Source of the DNA: a bacterium
GTDB lineage: Bacteria > Patescibacteriota > Saccharimonadia > CAILAD01 > JAUYJX01
DNA: 35,092 nucleotides
Reading direction: 5' to 3'
Assembly: GCA_030699245.1 (NCBI GenBank)
Contig: JAUYJX010000010.1
Span: forward strand, 1 to 35,092
The position numbers were made by a program, and so were the translations under genes. The notes beneath the pieces were generated by a model that saw nothing but the letters and a program-made list of their open reading frames with translations, was not told the DNA's origin and did not search any database. How positions within the stretch are numbered: position 1 is the stretch's first letter; each line of letters begins with the position of its first letter. Below are positions 1-8,187 of this stretch, in pieces.

Positions 1-86
1 ACAGATAAATTGGGAATACGAGCTAGCCGGGCCGCGCCCGGCAACACAACGCCGATTCTGGTTTGGGAACCAATCTTGTTTGTCAT
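1..86 (-). CDS. 5' end of a gene running off the window (MTNKIGSQTRIGVVLPGAARLARIPNLS...), product unknown
   Basis: ATG at 86-84, AGGAGG Shine-Dalgarno just upstream (acctcct 91-97 on +), open frame to window edge. Confidence 0.6.
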   Translation of the reverse strand, partial: MTNKIGSQTRIGVVLPGAARLARIPNLS

Positions 87-168
87 AGATACCTCCTACA
101 TTTAATTGTAGAAGTGGCGCTTATCTATGTGAACCTAGACAAACTGCAAATCAAAACTTTTTTGATTC

Positions 169-699
169 TTATTGCAGCTCTATAGTAGCGCCGGCAGCCT
201 CCAGAGCTTTCTTGGCCTGCTCAGCTTCTTCTTTTGGCACATTTTCTTTAACAGTCTTTGGGGCACCATCAACTAAGGCTTTGCTTTCAGCAAGGCCTAG
301 TCCTGAAATCTCGCGAACAGCTTTAATTACTTCGATCTTCTTATCGCCAGGTTCACTTAAGGTAATTGTATAAGCGCTCTTTTCTTCAGCAGCCTCACCT
401 TCTTCACCGCCAGCTATCGCAGCTACTCCTACTGCCGCCGGAGCAGCTGCTGATACTCCGAAGTGGTCCTCTAAGACCTTAACTAGCTCTGAGAGTTCCA
501 GTACAGAAAGCTTTTCAATCTGTTCAACCAAATCTTTGAACTTGCCGCTTATCTTGGGTTTTTCTTCCTTTTTTTCTTTTTTTGCTTCAGTTTCTGGCTT
601 TGGCTCTTCTTTCTTCTCTTCCTTGGTAACCGAAGTTTCCTTGATCTTAGCCTGCTCTTCATTTTCCTGTTTAATCTCTTCTATTTTTTCTTCTGCCAT
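169..699 (-). CDS. rplL: 50S ribosomal protein L7/L12 with charged N-terminal extension
   Basis: [38 protein letters not shown] motifs; follows rplJ. Confidence 0.98.
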   Translation of the reverse strand: MAEEKIEEIKQENEEQAKIKETSVTKEEKKEEPKPETEAKKEKKEEKPKISGKFKDLVEQIEKLSVLELSELVKVLEDHFGVSAAAPAAVGVAAIAGGEEGEAAEEKSAYTITLSEPGDKKIEVIKAVREISGLGLAESKALVDGAPKTVKENVPKEEAEQAKKALEAAGATIELQ

Positions 700-715
700 T
701 TTTACTCCTTTTTAG

Positions 716-1240
716 TTAGCTTTTTTGTCCTTTAATTGCATTTAATGCATAAACCAGATTTCGTAAATTACCGCCCAGTACATTGACAAAGCCAGAAAGC
801 GGTGCGGCAATAGTGCCGGTAACTTTGGCTAGCAGCTCTTCATGTGAAGGCAGACTTGCCAATTCTCTGATTCCGTTAGCGCTGAGTATTTTTGCTTCAT
901 TAGTAATTGCACTAATAATTTCCAATGACCCGTGTTCTTTGGCATAGGTTGCTATGATCTTAGCAGCAGTTATTTCGTCATCACCAAAAGCAATTGCCAT
1001 TGGTCCGTCAAATATCTTGCTGTCAATACCGCTCAAATCCGTTTTTTTGATGGCTAATTTAATCAAAGTGTTTTTTACAACCTTATAGCTTATACCTGCT
1101 TCGCGTAATCTAGTGCGCAGCTCATTCATTTCTTCAGCGCTTAGCCCCCGGTAATCAGTCAAAACAGAAAGTTTCGCATTTTTAAATTCAGAGGCGATCT
1201 GGGAAACAATTTCTTCTTTTTTACTCTTTGATATAGCCAT
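716..1240 (-). CDS. rplJ: 50S ribosomal protein L10
   Basis: DYRGL, VVKNTL, LASLPS motifs; start moved to ATG 1240 (MAISKSKK) because upstream is leader RNA. Confidence 0.97.
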   Translation of the reverse strand: MAISKSKKEEIVSQIASEFKNAKLSVLTDYRGLSAEEMNELRTRLREAGISYKVVKNTLIKLAIKKTDLSGIDSKIFDGPMAIAFGDDEITAAKIIATYAKEHGSLEIISAITNEAKILSANGIRELASLPSHEELLAKVTGTIAAPLSGFVNVLGGNLRNLVYALNAIKGQKS

Positions 1241-1350
1241 AAATAAAAAATCTTTGGGTTTACTTAACACCAAAGACAAATAAAAACTTTATACCTCGGC
1301 AGCTTTTTTAATTCCTTCGACAAGCTCAGGATCGCTGCTGTCTTTGGCAA
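1241..1350 (-). promoter_or_regulatory. L10 leader (rplJ autoregulatory RNA) with terminator-like hairpin
   Basis: Minus strand CCAAAGACAGCAGC...TTAA...GCTGCCGAGGT resembles L10 leader; hairpin TCTTTGG/CCAAAGA (1251-1276) followed by T-run. Confidence 0.8.
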
Positions 1351-1357
1351 CTAAAAA

Positions 1358-1386
1358 ATAATAGCAAATTCTTACTTAAGTGTCAA
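1358..1386 (-). promoter_or_regulatory. sigma70-type promoter for rplJ-rplL
   Basis: TTGACA (1381-1386), 17 bp, TATTAT (1358-1363) with TGn extension. Confidence 0.8.
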
Positions 1387-1388
1387 TA

Positions 1389-1421
1389 AAAGGAAAAACC
1401 CCGGGGCAATAAGCCCCGGGG
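1389..1421 (-). terminator. Intrinsic terminator after thyX
   Basis: 9-bp GC stem CCCCGGGGC/GCCCCGGGG (1399-1407, 1413-1421), 5-nt loop, then TTTTTCCTTT on minus strand. Confidence 0.85.
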
Positions 1422-1442
1422 CCATTCTGAAATGAACACAGG

Positions 1443-3146
1443 TTAATCCATTCCAGAACTATTAGTTTTAGCAGCACGGGCTGCTCGTTTTATGGAAAGT
1501 CGGGTTTCAGCGGCTTCCCGCTCAAGGTTGTATTCCTGATAATCGACATAGCTCATACATTCGCCGATCACCGGGTCCACCTCGCACACTAGTTGATGCA
1601 TTTGCTGGCCAATTCGCCGATAGCTGGGATGACCCTGCTGACTGGTCCTCAACTCCAGCATGAACATCAGTGCACGGGCATTGATTTCCATACTGACTCG
1701 CATTCGGTAAGCCAGGCAAACCGCATATTGCGCAGCCTCGGGGTGGTCTGACTCAAGTAGTTCATACAGGCTTCGAGATTTCTCCATGGCCTGCTGATAG
1801 AGCTCGAGCTGCTCCATGTCCTCGATGAACGGTGAAACCGTCCAACCAAAGTATGGTGTAACCTTACCCCAATCGATCGTCAACATACGATGCCGTTTCC
1901 AGTCTCGCATGATCCCGAAATCAATCAGCAAATTGAAGCTGTAACGGGCATGTTCGAACGCTCGGCCTGGCTTCCAACGTCGGTTTCCTTCTGAACTTCC
2001 GAGGCTACCACGCTTCCCGCAATAAGTGTGGATTAGCTCAGCACGTTCTTCGGGACTCATGGCTCGCGCTAGTTCGTCGCAATCGATCTGCATGCGTCCG
2101 AGAGTGTCAAACTCATACAGAATAGCGCCCGCAACTCGAACTTCGTTGTTTGGATCGGCATAAGCGAGATCTACAACATTTTCTGCCGGCAAGGTAATAC
2201 TGGTTCCCGACAGCAACGGGTTCTCCTCTTCGATTTGCCTTACCAGCTGACGGGCCTGTTCACGTGTATCGCGAAAGTACTGGACCCATGGCACTCCTTT
2301 TACCGGATCATCGATCTGATTGAAGAATGCTGGTGCTGCATCAGGGTGACGCAATTCCTGCAGAGCCATTTGCCCGATTGTACGTGCTTCCGCAAGTTCC
2401 GAACTCAACAGGCGGCGCAGCATGTTAGCTGCTGCTTGTGCGCTACCAAAGAAACCAACATTACTGACAATTCCGGCTGGCAACATTGTGCGGATGGTAT
2501 CGAAGGCCTTAGCTCGAATGGTTGTCCGATAAGCCCGATCATCACCGTCGAAATTCTCACGAGGGTTGAGTATCTCGAAACGTGCAACGGCGCGCTCGAA
2601 CATCTGCTGGTACGAACCAAAGAGCTCATCCATAGTTCGAACGTACTCATCTGCATTCGGACCATCCAGGATTTCGGGGTCGCGGCGATAGCGAAAACGA
2701 CCATCCGCCAACGGTACAGAATAATCAATATAACGTGTTGACTGTTCCAGATAGGCCGCCAATCGTCCCCACTCTATCTCGTTGATCACGATATTGCTAG
2801 ATTGTTCGAACACCAGATGCACGCCGCCGAGTTGAGTAACTGATTCATCATCAAACTCGTCGAACACCCTATGATAAAGCTGTTCAGCTCGCTTGGTTGA
2901 GACTCTGCTGGCTTCTGATTTATCTCCGCTGAGTCCCTCGTAGAACTCATCCAGAAAAAGCCGACGTGTACTCTTGGTGGTACGTGAGTAACGTGCGAAA
3001 AGTGCTCCGCTCACCACCTGTGGTAGATTGATGATACAGAATACTGGACAATCCAAATTGGTGAAATAGCGGTTCAGAATGGCAGTTTCGTCCTCCGTCC
3101 ACTCCTCCACCACGTAGGTTGACCATTCATTTCCTTGAGTTGTCAT
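1443..3146 (-). CDS. thyX: FAD-dependent thymidylate synthase, tandem two-domain ThyX type
   Basis: ALFARYSR, YLEQSTRY, RHR, ELRT..QGHPSYR motifs; 567 aa; ATGA overlap with tmk. Confidence 0.9.
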   Translation of the reverse strand: MTTQGNEWSTYVVEEWTEDETAILNRYFTNLDCPVFCIINLPQVVSGALFARYSRTTKSTRRLFLDEFYEGLSGDKSEASRVSTKRAEQLYHRVFDEFDDESVTQLGGVHLVFEQSSNIVINEIEWGRLAAYLEQSTRYIDYSVPLADGRFRYRRDPEILDGPNADEYVRTMDELFGSYQQMFERAVARFEILNPRENFDGDDRAYRTTIRAKAFDTIRTMLPAGIVSNVGFFGSAQAAANMLRRLLSSELAEARTIGQMALQELRHPDAAPAFFNQIDDPVKGVPWVQYFRDTREQARQLVRQIEEENPLLSGTSITLPAENVVDLAYADPNNEVRVAGAILYEFDTLGRMQIDCDELARAMSPEERAELIHTYCGKRGSLGSSEGNRRWKPGRAFEHARYSFNLLIDFGIMRDWKRHRMLTIDWGKVTPYFGWTVSPFIEDMEQLELYQQAMEKSRSLYELLESDHPEAAQYAVCLAYRMRVSMEINARALMFMLELRTSQQGHPSYRRIGQQMHQLVCEVDPVIGECMSYVDYQEYNLEREAAETRLSIKRAARAAKTNSSGMD

Positions 3147-3799
3147 TTCCCTACCTCCTCTATCATAGGCTCAATGTGAGCCCACACGGACCGTTCAACT
3201 TCTTCTATAGAAAGTGAGCCATCCAAAAGCATGACCTCATCAAGCTCTTCTGCCCACTTTCGATATGACTTGTTAACCAAGCGTCGTTCCTGTTCGCCAA
3301 TCGACTCAAATCGATCACTCTGCCCACCACGTTGTGCCAGTCTTTGTTGGGATTGCTCATAGCTAATGTCCAGAACGAGGGTGATATCAGCTATGGCAAC
3401 TTGGCTGGCTAACTGGCAAGCTCCAAGAAACTGAGTGATCTTGTCAGGCTTATCGGGTTCGAGCAAACCACGCATTTCGCCCTGATACACATAGGTACTT
3501 AAAGAACTACGGTCAGAAAGCACCCAGCTTCCCTGCTCCAGGAGCGGTTTCACCACCAATTCCAGAACCTGTGCCCGAGCCATCAGAAAACCAAATAGCT
3601 CACCGAGTGGAGTAATGGCGGATTCACTAAACTTCAGGATTTCCCTGAGCTGTTCAGCAATTGGATCGCCACCAGGTTCTCGCACGATTTCACACGTGAT
3701 TCCTTCTCGAACAAGTCGTTTTAACAAACGCTTGACTTGCTCGCCCTTACCAGCTCCTTCATCACCTTCGAGGACAATATAGCGTCCACGATTAGACAT
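3143..3799 (-). CDS. tmk: Thymidylate kinase
   Basis: IVLEGDEGAGK, REPGG, SDR..S..YQG motifs; ATG 3799 follows GAAAGGTG (alternative GTG 3808). Confidence 0.95.
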   Translation of the reverse strand: MSNRGRYIVLEGDEGAGKGEQVKRLLKRLVREGITCEIVREPGGDPIAEQLREILKFSESAITPLGELFGFLMARAQVLELVVKPLLEQGSWVLSDRSSLSTYVYQGEMRGLLEPDKPDKITQFLGACQLASQVAIADITLVLDISYEQSQQRLAQRGGQSDRFESIGEQERRLVNKSYRKWAEELDEVMLLDGSLSIEEVERSVWAHIEPMIEEVGK

Positions 3800-3894
3800 A
3801 ACATTCACCTTTCAAGGTAAACTTGCCGCCTCTAGTCTCAAAAATTATAGCATATAAAAAACTAGATTACTTTTTATATTATGTGGTTTATAAA

Positions 3895-4578
3895 TTAACC
3901 CCTTTTGCGTTCGTAGAGTTTTGGGAGCATCTGTTCTGGTACCCAATTTTTAGTCAGTTGGCGTAGCTCAGTTCCTTTTTGATAACGACCCTCTAAACCA
4001 TAGTGACGATCACTTTGTCCGGCATGGAAAAAAATAATCTGTCCAACACATTCTCCTACTGGTATGGGTACATGGATTTTGTTCTTATTACGAACTTCCA
4101 TCGTCCAACGATTAAAATAGCCGATATCTCCCCAACCGGCATCATCGCAGGTTGAAATATTAACTCTACCTATTGAAGAACGAGCGTGCATCATGGTTGT
4201 AGCATGATGCACCGCTCCAATAAATTCTTGGGTGTGGCTTAAAATACATTCACCTGGTTTTAACACAATAATTTTCTGTTTTGCGGGAATATTTTTCCAA
4301 AGTTTGCCACCTCGGTGTTCTTCACACCATTCTTTATTGGTCACAGCGCGTAATGGTCCTTTATAGTACCGCTCGACATCTTTCTTATCATAGGGATTAA
4401 AATCTGTTTGAAAGTCATCAGCCTGACAAACATAAAACTGCTCACCAAGTGTCACATCATAGCTACTGGTATTTAATTGACTATCATGGAATGGTGAAAT
4501 AATAATCTGCCCATTCTTGAGAGCTTCTCGTATCTCGTGATCTGAAAATACTCCTGTTTTCATCTGTTGGTGTATCAT
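3895..4578 (-). CDS. dcd: dCTP deaminase family protein
   Basis: SYDVTLG, ARSSIGR, AGWGDIGY..WTME, GQIIF motifs. Confidence 0.88.
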   Translation of the reverse strand: MIHQQMKTGVFSDHEIREALKNGQIIISPFHDSQLNTSSYDVTLGEQFYVCQADDFQTDFNPYDKKDVERYYKGPLRAVTNKEWCEEHRGGKLWKNIPAKQKIIVLKPGECILSHTQEFIGAVHHATTMMHARSSIGRVNISTCDDAGWGDIGYFNRWTMEVRNKNKIHVPIPVGECVGQIIFFHAGQSDRHYGLEGRYQKGTELRQLTKNWVPEQMLPKLYERKRG

Positions 4579-4648
4579 CTTTTAATACTAACAAACCTTA
4601 ATTGAATTACCAAATACGCTTTTTATAACAGTATAGCTGGCCACCCTC

Positions 4649-5254
4649 TTAAATTGAAGGGTGGCCAGCCAAATTGACCGATTTTGCTGCGTTTAGTGAG
4701 GCAAGAATAGTTAATACCTGCTTCACTGCCGGGCTTTCTGGGTCCAAACCATGCTGCTGTCGATCGCGCATCCTAAAGGCAATTGATCCTAAGGGTGCTT
4801 TCTGACCCAAGTCCACCGAATAAACATTGGCGATCACCGGGATACTTCGTTCAGCCATATAGGCTTCCCATTCCTCGATAAATTGCGGGTGTTTACGTGT
4901 AGCGTCCTCTGGAAGTGGGCGGCGATTAACAAGAATTGAATAGTCGGCATCTGCCACCATCAGATCCATATTGGGATTACTAAGTTTGCCGGGAAGATCG
5001 CCTATTACTAATTCACTTGGATCGCTTGCAAATTCATCAACACGACGCTCTATTGTTTGTAACCATGCATGTCTTTTCTTCTTCCTCTTATCCCATGGTT
5101 TATGGCCCAATAGACAGGCATGAGTATCAGAGTAAACATCAATTTCGTGTAATCCGACATCCCAACCATCGGATTGCGCTCACTTATATAGCGAACACGA
5201 AAAAACACTCTTGTTAGCTCCACGAACTCCACCCACAACAATATGGGTCGACAT
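4649..5254 (-). pseudogene. P-loop NTPase-like (ParA/MinD-like topology) gene with in-frame TGA at codon 25: pseudogene, base-call error or readthrough gene
   Basis: AGGAGG (5261-5266), 6 nt, ATG 5254; MSTHIVVGGVRGANKSVFSCSLYK*AQSDGWDVGLHEIDVYSDTHACLLGHKPW continues in frame into ORF 4649..5110; TGA at 5180-5182. Confidence 0.75.
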
Positions 5255-5358
5255 TTACTGCCTCCTGATGGTCAAGTATCTACCTCTGTCGGTCTCAATT
5301 ATTATAGCACGAGCAAAAACCGATACAATGTTAGTAATTTAACTGTTATAATTAAATT

Positions 5359-5937
5359 ATGAGCAGTAGACCAGTTGTGCTAGTAGATATAGATGATACG
5401 TTAGCTGACACCCAGGTTAAGATGTTGGAATATGTGAATAGAAACGGCGATAAAACTTATCAATACCACAAACTGACACGCGAATTTAGAGACGGCAAGA
5501 TAGCCGATTATGAAAAGTTAGTTCAAGAATATTTGAGTCGCCCGGATCTTGTAGAGGAAATTTTGCCGTATGATAATACACTCGAAGCTATGCAGAGATT
5601 AGAAACGGGTGGCTATGAAATCCATATTGTTTCTACCCGCAAGGAGCCTTTACATAACTCAACTATCAAATGGCTAAGTCGTCACGGTTTTGATCAACAC
5701 ATAAAAAAGGTTCATCCTCGTCCTTCAGAAAAGATAGGACACAAATTCAAACAAGATACGGCTAATTTGGTAAATGCAGTAGCGGCCTTCGATGACACGC
5801 TAAGAGTAGTTATAGCAATGGCTGAAATAGTTCCTGTTGTTTATTTAATAGATAAACCTTGGAACCAAGGTAAGCTTCCTAGAAACATTGTTAGGGTTTC
5901 AAGTTTTGTTGAAGCTGTTGACTTATTTTTAGTTTAG
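5359..5937 (+). CDS. HAD-family 5'(3')-deoxyribonucleotidase (NT5C-like)
   Basis: VLVDIDDTLAD motif I, IVSTR motif II, AFDD motif IV, C-terminal PWN. Confidence 0.85.
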   Translation: MSSRPVVLVDIDDTLADTQVKMLEYVNRNGDKTYQYHKLTREFRDGKIADYEKLVQEYLSRPDLVEEILPYDNTLEAMQRLETGGYEIHIVSTRKEPLHNSTIKWLSRHGFDQHIKKVHPRPSEKIGHKFKQDTANLVNAVAAFDDTLRVVIAMAEIVPVVYLIDKPWNQGKLPRNIVRVSSFVEAVDLFLV

Positions 5938-6887
5938 AACTTTAGAGCATTTGCCACATCAACCTTAACCGATGGACTCATTGTTGAACTTAAGTAAATT
6001 GATTTGATATAAGTGGTCTTAATGGTTGACGGTCTTGCTTGTGAAACTGCTTTGAGTAAAGCTCTGGCGTTAGCCAGTAAATCACTAGCTTTAAAACTCT
6101 TTTTACCGATCAATAAATGTAAAATGCCATATGAATCGTTACGAAATTCTATCCTACCAGACTTGATTTCTTTGACAATTTTTACTGGATCAACCGTAAC
6201 GGTGCCGCTCTTGGGTGAAGGCATCAGCCCTTTTGGTCCCAAAACCTTAGCATAACGACCAAGCTTAACCATTTGCTCGGGAGTAGAAACTAAAACATCA
6301 AAATCAAGTTTGGCTTTAGAAATAGCTGTCAGCAAATCACCTTCATCGCAGATGTCAGCCCCTGCGGCTTTTAAGTCTTTGGTTAACTTCTCGTTAGCTA
6401 ATACTGCTACTTTGACTTTTTTACCAATGCCTTCCGGCATAATTACACTGCCGCGAATGTTCTGATCAGCCTGCTTTGGATTAATGCCAAGATTGATGTG
6501 TATTTCTAAACTAGCATCAAATTTTACATTACTTAGCTTCTTTATCATCCCGATAGCTTCGGACAAATCGTAATATTTTTGTCTATCGATTTCTTTTAGC
6601 GCCTGGCGATAAGATTTGGAATGTGCTTTGAGTAGATTTTTAACGGTAATGACCTTTTTTTTCGACTGTTCAGGTGGCGCTAAAGTTTTGCGCTGCTGCT
6701 TGATTTCTTTTTCTTTGATTTTGGCAATGGCTTTTTTTGATCTTTTACCGGCTTTGGCTAGTGGCGTTTTTTTTGGTTTGGTTTCTGGTTTAACGGTTTT
6801 TTTCTCGGGTTTTTCTAGTTTCTTTTTTTCAATCTTTTTCTCTGATTCCTTTACCTTATTGATTTTGACTTCATCTTTTTTTGCCAT
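5934..6887 (-). CDS. rplA: 50S ribosomal protein L1 with ~90-aa Lys-rich N-terminal extension
   Basis: KFDASLE, LGPKGLMPSPKSGTV, SSTMSP motifs; ATG 6887 after AAGGAG. Confidence 0.97.
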   Translation of the reverse strand: MAKKDEVKINKVKESEKKIEKKKLEKPEKKTVKPETKPKKTPLAKAGKRSKKAIAKIKEKEIKQQRKTLAPPEQSKKKVITVKNLLKAHSKSYRQALKEIDRQKYYDLSEAIGMIKKLSNVKFDASLEIHINLGINPKQADQNIRGSVIMPEGIGKKVKVAVLANEKLTKDLKAAGADICDEGDLLTAISKAKLDFDVLVSTPEQMVKLGRYAKVLGPKGLMPSPKSGTVTVDPVKIVKEIKSGRIEFRNDSYGILHLLIGKKSFKASDLLANARALLKAVSQARPSTIKTTYIKSIYLSSTMSPSVKVDVANALKF

Positions 6888-6894
6888 CTTGACT

Positions 6895-6933
6895 CCTTCG
6901 TGGTACTGGCCCCACAACTAATGTGTCCCACTT
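6895..6933 (-). promoter_or_regulatory. Probable L1 autoregulatory site in rplK-rplA spacer
   Basis: Minus strand GTGGGA-CAC..GTG-GGGCCAGTACCAC next to the RBS resembles GUGGGA...ACCAC L1-binding hairpins. Confidence 0.55.
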
Positions 6934-6940
6934 TAAACTG

Positions 6941-7369
6941 TTATTCTACTTCTATGCCCATTGACCGGGCTGTACCGGCAATAATTTTCTTAGCAGCTTC
7001 AATATCATTGGCATTCAAATCTTTCATCTTAACCTTGGCTATCTCGGCTAACTGCGCTGGAGTTAATTTACCAACCTTTTCTTTATTTGGCACACCCGAA
7101 CCCTTCTCTATCTTTAGAGCTTTTCTAATAAGACTGGTGGTCGGCTCGGATTTAATGATAAAAGTAAATGATTTATCTTCATAAATAGTGATTATTGTCG
7201 GAGTTGGCACACCTTTTAAATCCTTGGTCTGCTCATTAAAGGTGTTAATAAAATCCATCATATTCACACCGTGTTGACCTAATGTAGAGCCAACCGGGGG
7301 AGCAGGAGTAGCACCGCCTGCAGGGATTACTAATTTTAATTTTGCTATTACTTTTTTGCCTTTACTCAT
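6941..7369 (-). CDS. rplK: 50S ribosomal protein L11
   Basis: [16 protein letters not shown] motifs. Confidence 0.99.
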   Translation of the reverse strand: MSKGKKVIAKLKLVIPAGGATPAPPVGSTLGQHGVNMMDFINTFNEQTKDLKGVPTPTIITIYEDKSFTFIIKSEPTTSLIRKALKIEKGSGVPNKEKVGKLTPAQLAEIAKVKMKDLNANDIEAAKKIIAGTARSMGIEVE

Positions 7370-7370
7370 T

Positions 7371-7910
7371 TTAAACCTTCTTAACCTGCAGGCTATCCAG
7401 TTCTACTGGGGTTTCGCGTCCAAACATATTAACTAGCACTTTGATTTTACCCTTATTTTCATCAATTTCATTGACATTGCCATCAAAGCCTTTGAACGGA
7501 CCGTCATTGATATGCACTAGTTCGCCGACTTTAAAATCGATTTTGTATTTCGGCTCTTCAACACCCATACGTTTTTGCAGAGATTTAATCTCTGCTTCAC
7601 TAATCGGCGAAGGGGTGACGCCCGAACCGACAAATCCGGTTACATTCGGTGTATTTCGTACAATATACCAGGAGTCTTCGGTAACGATCATCTCAATCAA
7701 TATATAGCCTGGAAAAATTTTGCGCTCCACAATCCGCCTTTTACCATTTTTAATTTCAATTTGTTTTTCTTTCGGCACGATGACATTGAAAATCTTATCT
7801 GACATATCCAGTGATTCGATGCGTTGTTTTAAATTTTCTGCAACCATATCTTCATAACCCGAGTAGGTGTGAATAACGTACCAATCTTTTTGTAATTCTT
7901 TTTTATCCAT
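7371..7910 (-). CDS. nusG: Transcription factor NusG
   Basis: [35 protein letters not shown]. Confidence 0.99.
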   Translation of the reverse strand: MDKKELQKDWYVIHTYSGYEDMVAENLKQRIESLDMSDKIFNVIVPKEKQIEIKNGKRRIVERKIFPGYILIEMIVTEDSWYIVRNTPNVTGFVGSGVTPSPISEAEIKSLQKRMGVEEPKYKIDFKVGELVHINDGPFKGFDGNVNEIDENKGKIKVLVNMFGRETPVELDSLQVKKV

Positions 7911-7912
7911 TT

Positions 7913-8104
7913 TTAGCTTACTTTAAATATTACCTGCTGTAAGATTGTTTGGAAAAGATACCCGAAAGCACTAACAATAGCAGCTAGTATTAGCGAAAAA
8001 ATAATCACCATAATTGTTAACTTAAAAGCTTGCCGGGGCGTTGGCCAAATAACCTTTTTGAGCTCCTCAATCGAGGATTTAATATAATTCACTAATTTAT
8101 TCAT
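7913..8104 (-). CDS. secE: Preprotein translocase SecE
   Basis: ELKKVIWP motif plus one TM; directly before nusG. Confidence 0.96.
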   Translation of the reverse strand: MNKLVNYIKSSIEELKKVIWPTPRQAFKLTIMVIIFSLILAAIVSAFGYLFQTILQQVIFKVS

Positions 8105-8158
8105 CTAGAAAACTATTGAACAATCTAAAAAAGCCTTCTAACCGGCTCTTTATTTAAA

Positions 8159-8187
8159 ATTGTACCTGTTAGATATGAAAAAGTCAA
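8159..8187 (-). promoter_or_regulatory. sigma70-type promoter for secE-nusG-rplK-rplA
   Basis: TTGACT (8182-8187), 17 bp, TACAAT (8159-8164). Confidence 0.75.

Noticed and set aside
1522..2741. Nested and antisense ORFs in thyX, and similar antisense ORFs in other genes
   Set aside because: Shadows of well-supported genes; no motifs
5017..5241. ORFs 5050..5241 (-) and 5017..5217 (+)
   Set aside because: Alternative frames of the 4649..5254 gene, which has the SD and recognisable motifs
3825..5310. Similar TGCTATAAT..TGAGAC..AGAGG leaders before tmk and the NTPase-like gene
   Set aside because: Beyond the -10 box the match is short with variable spacing; cannot separate from chance
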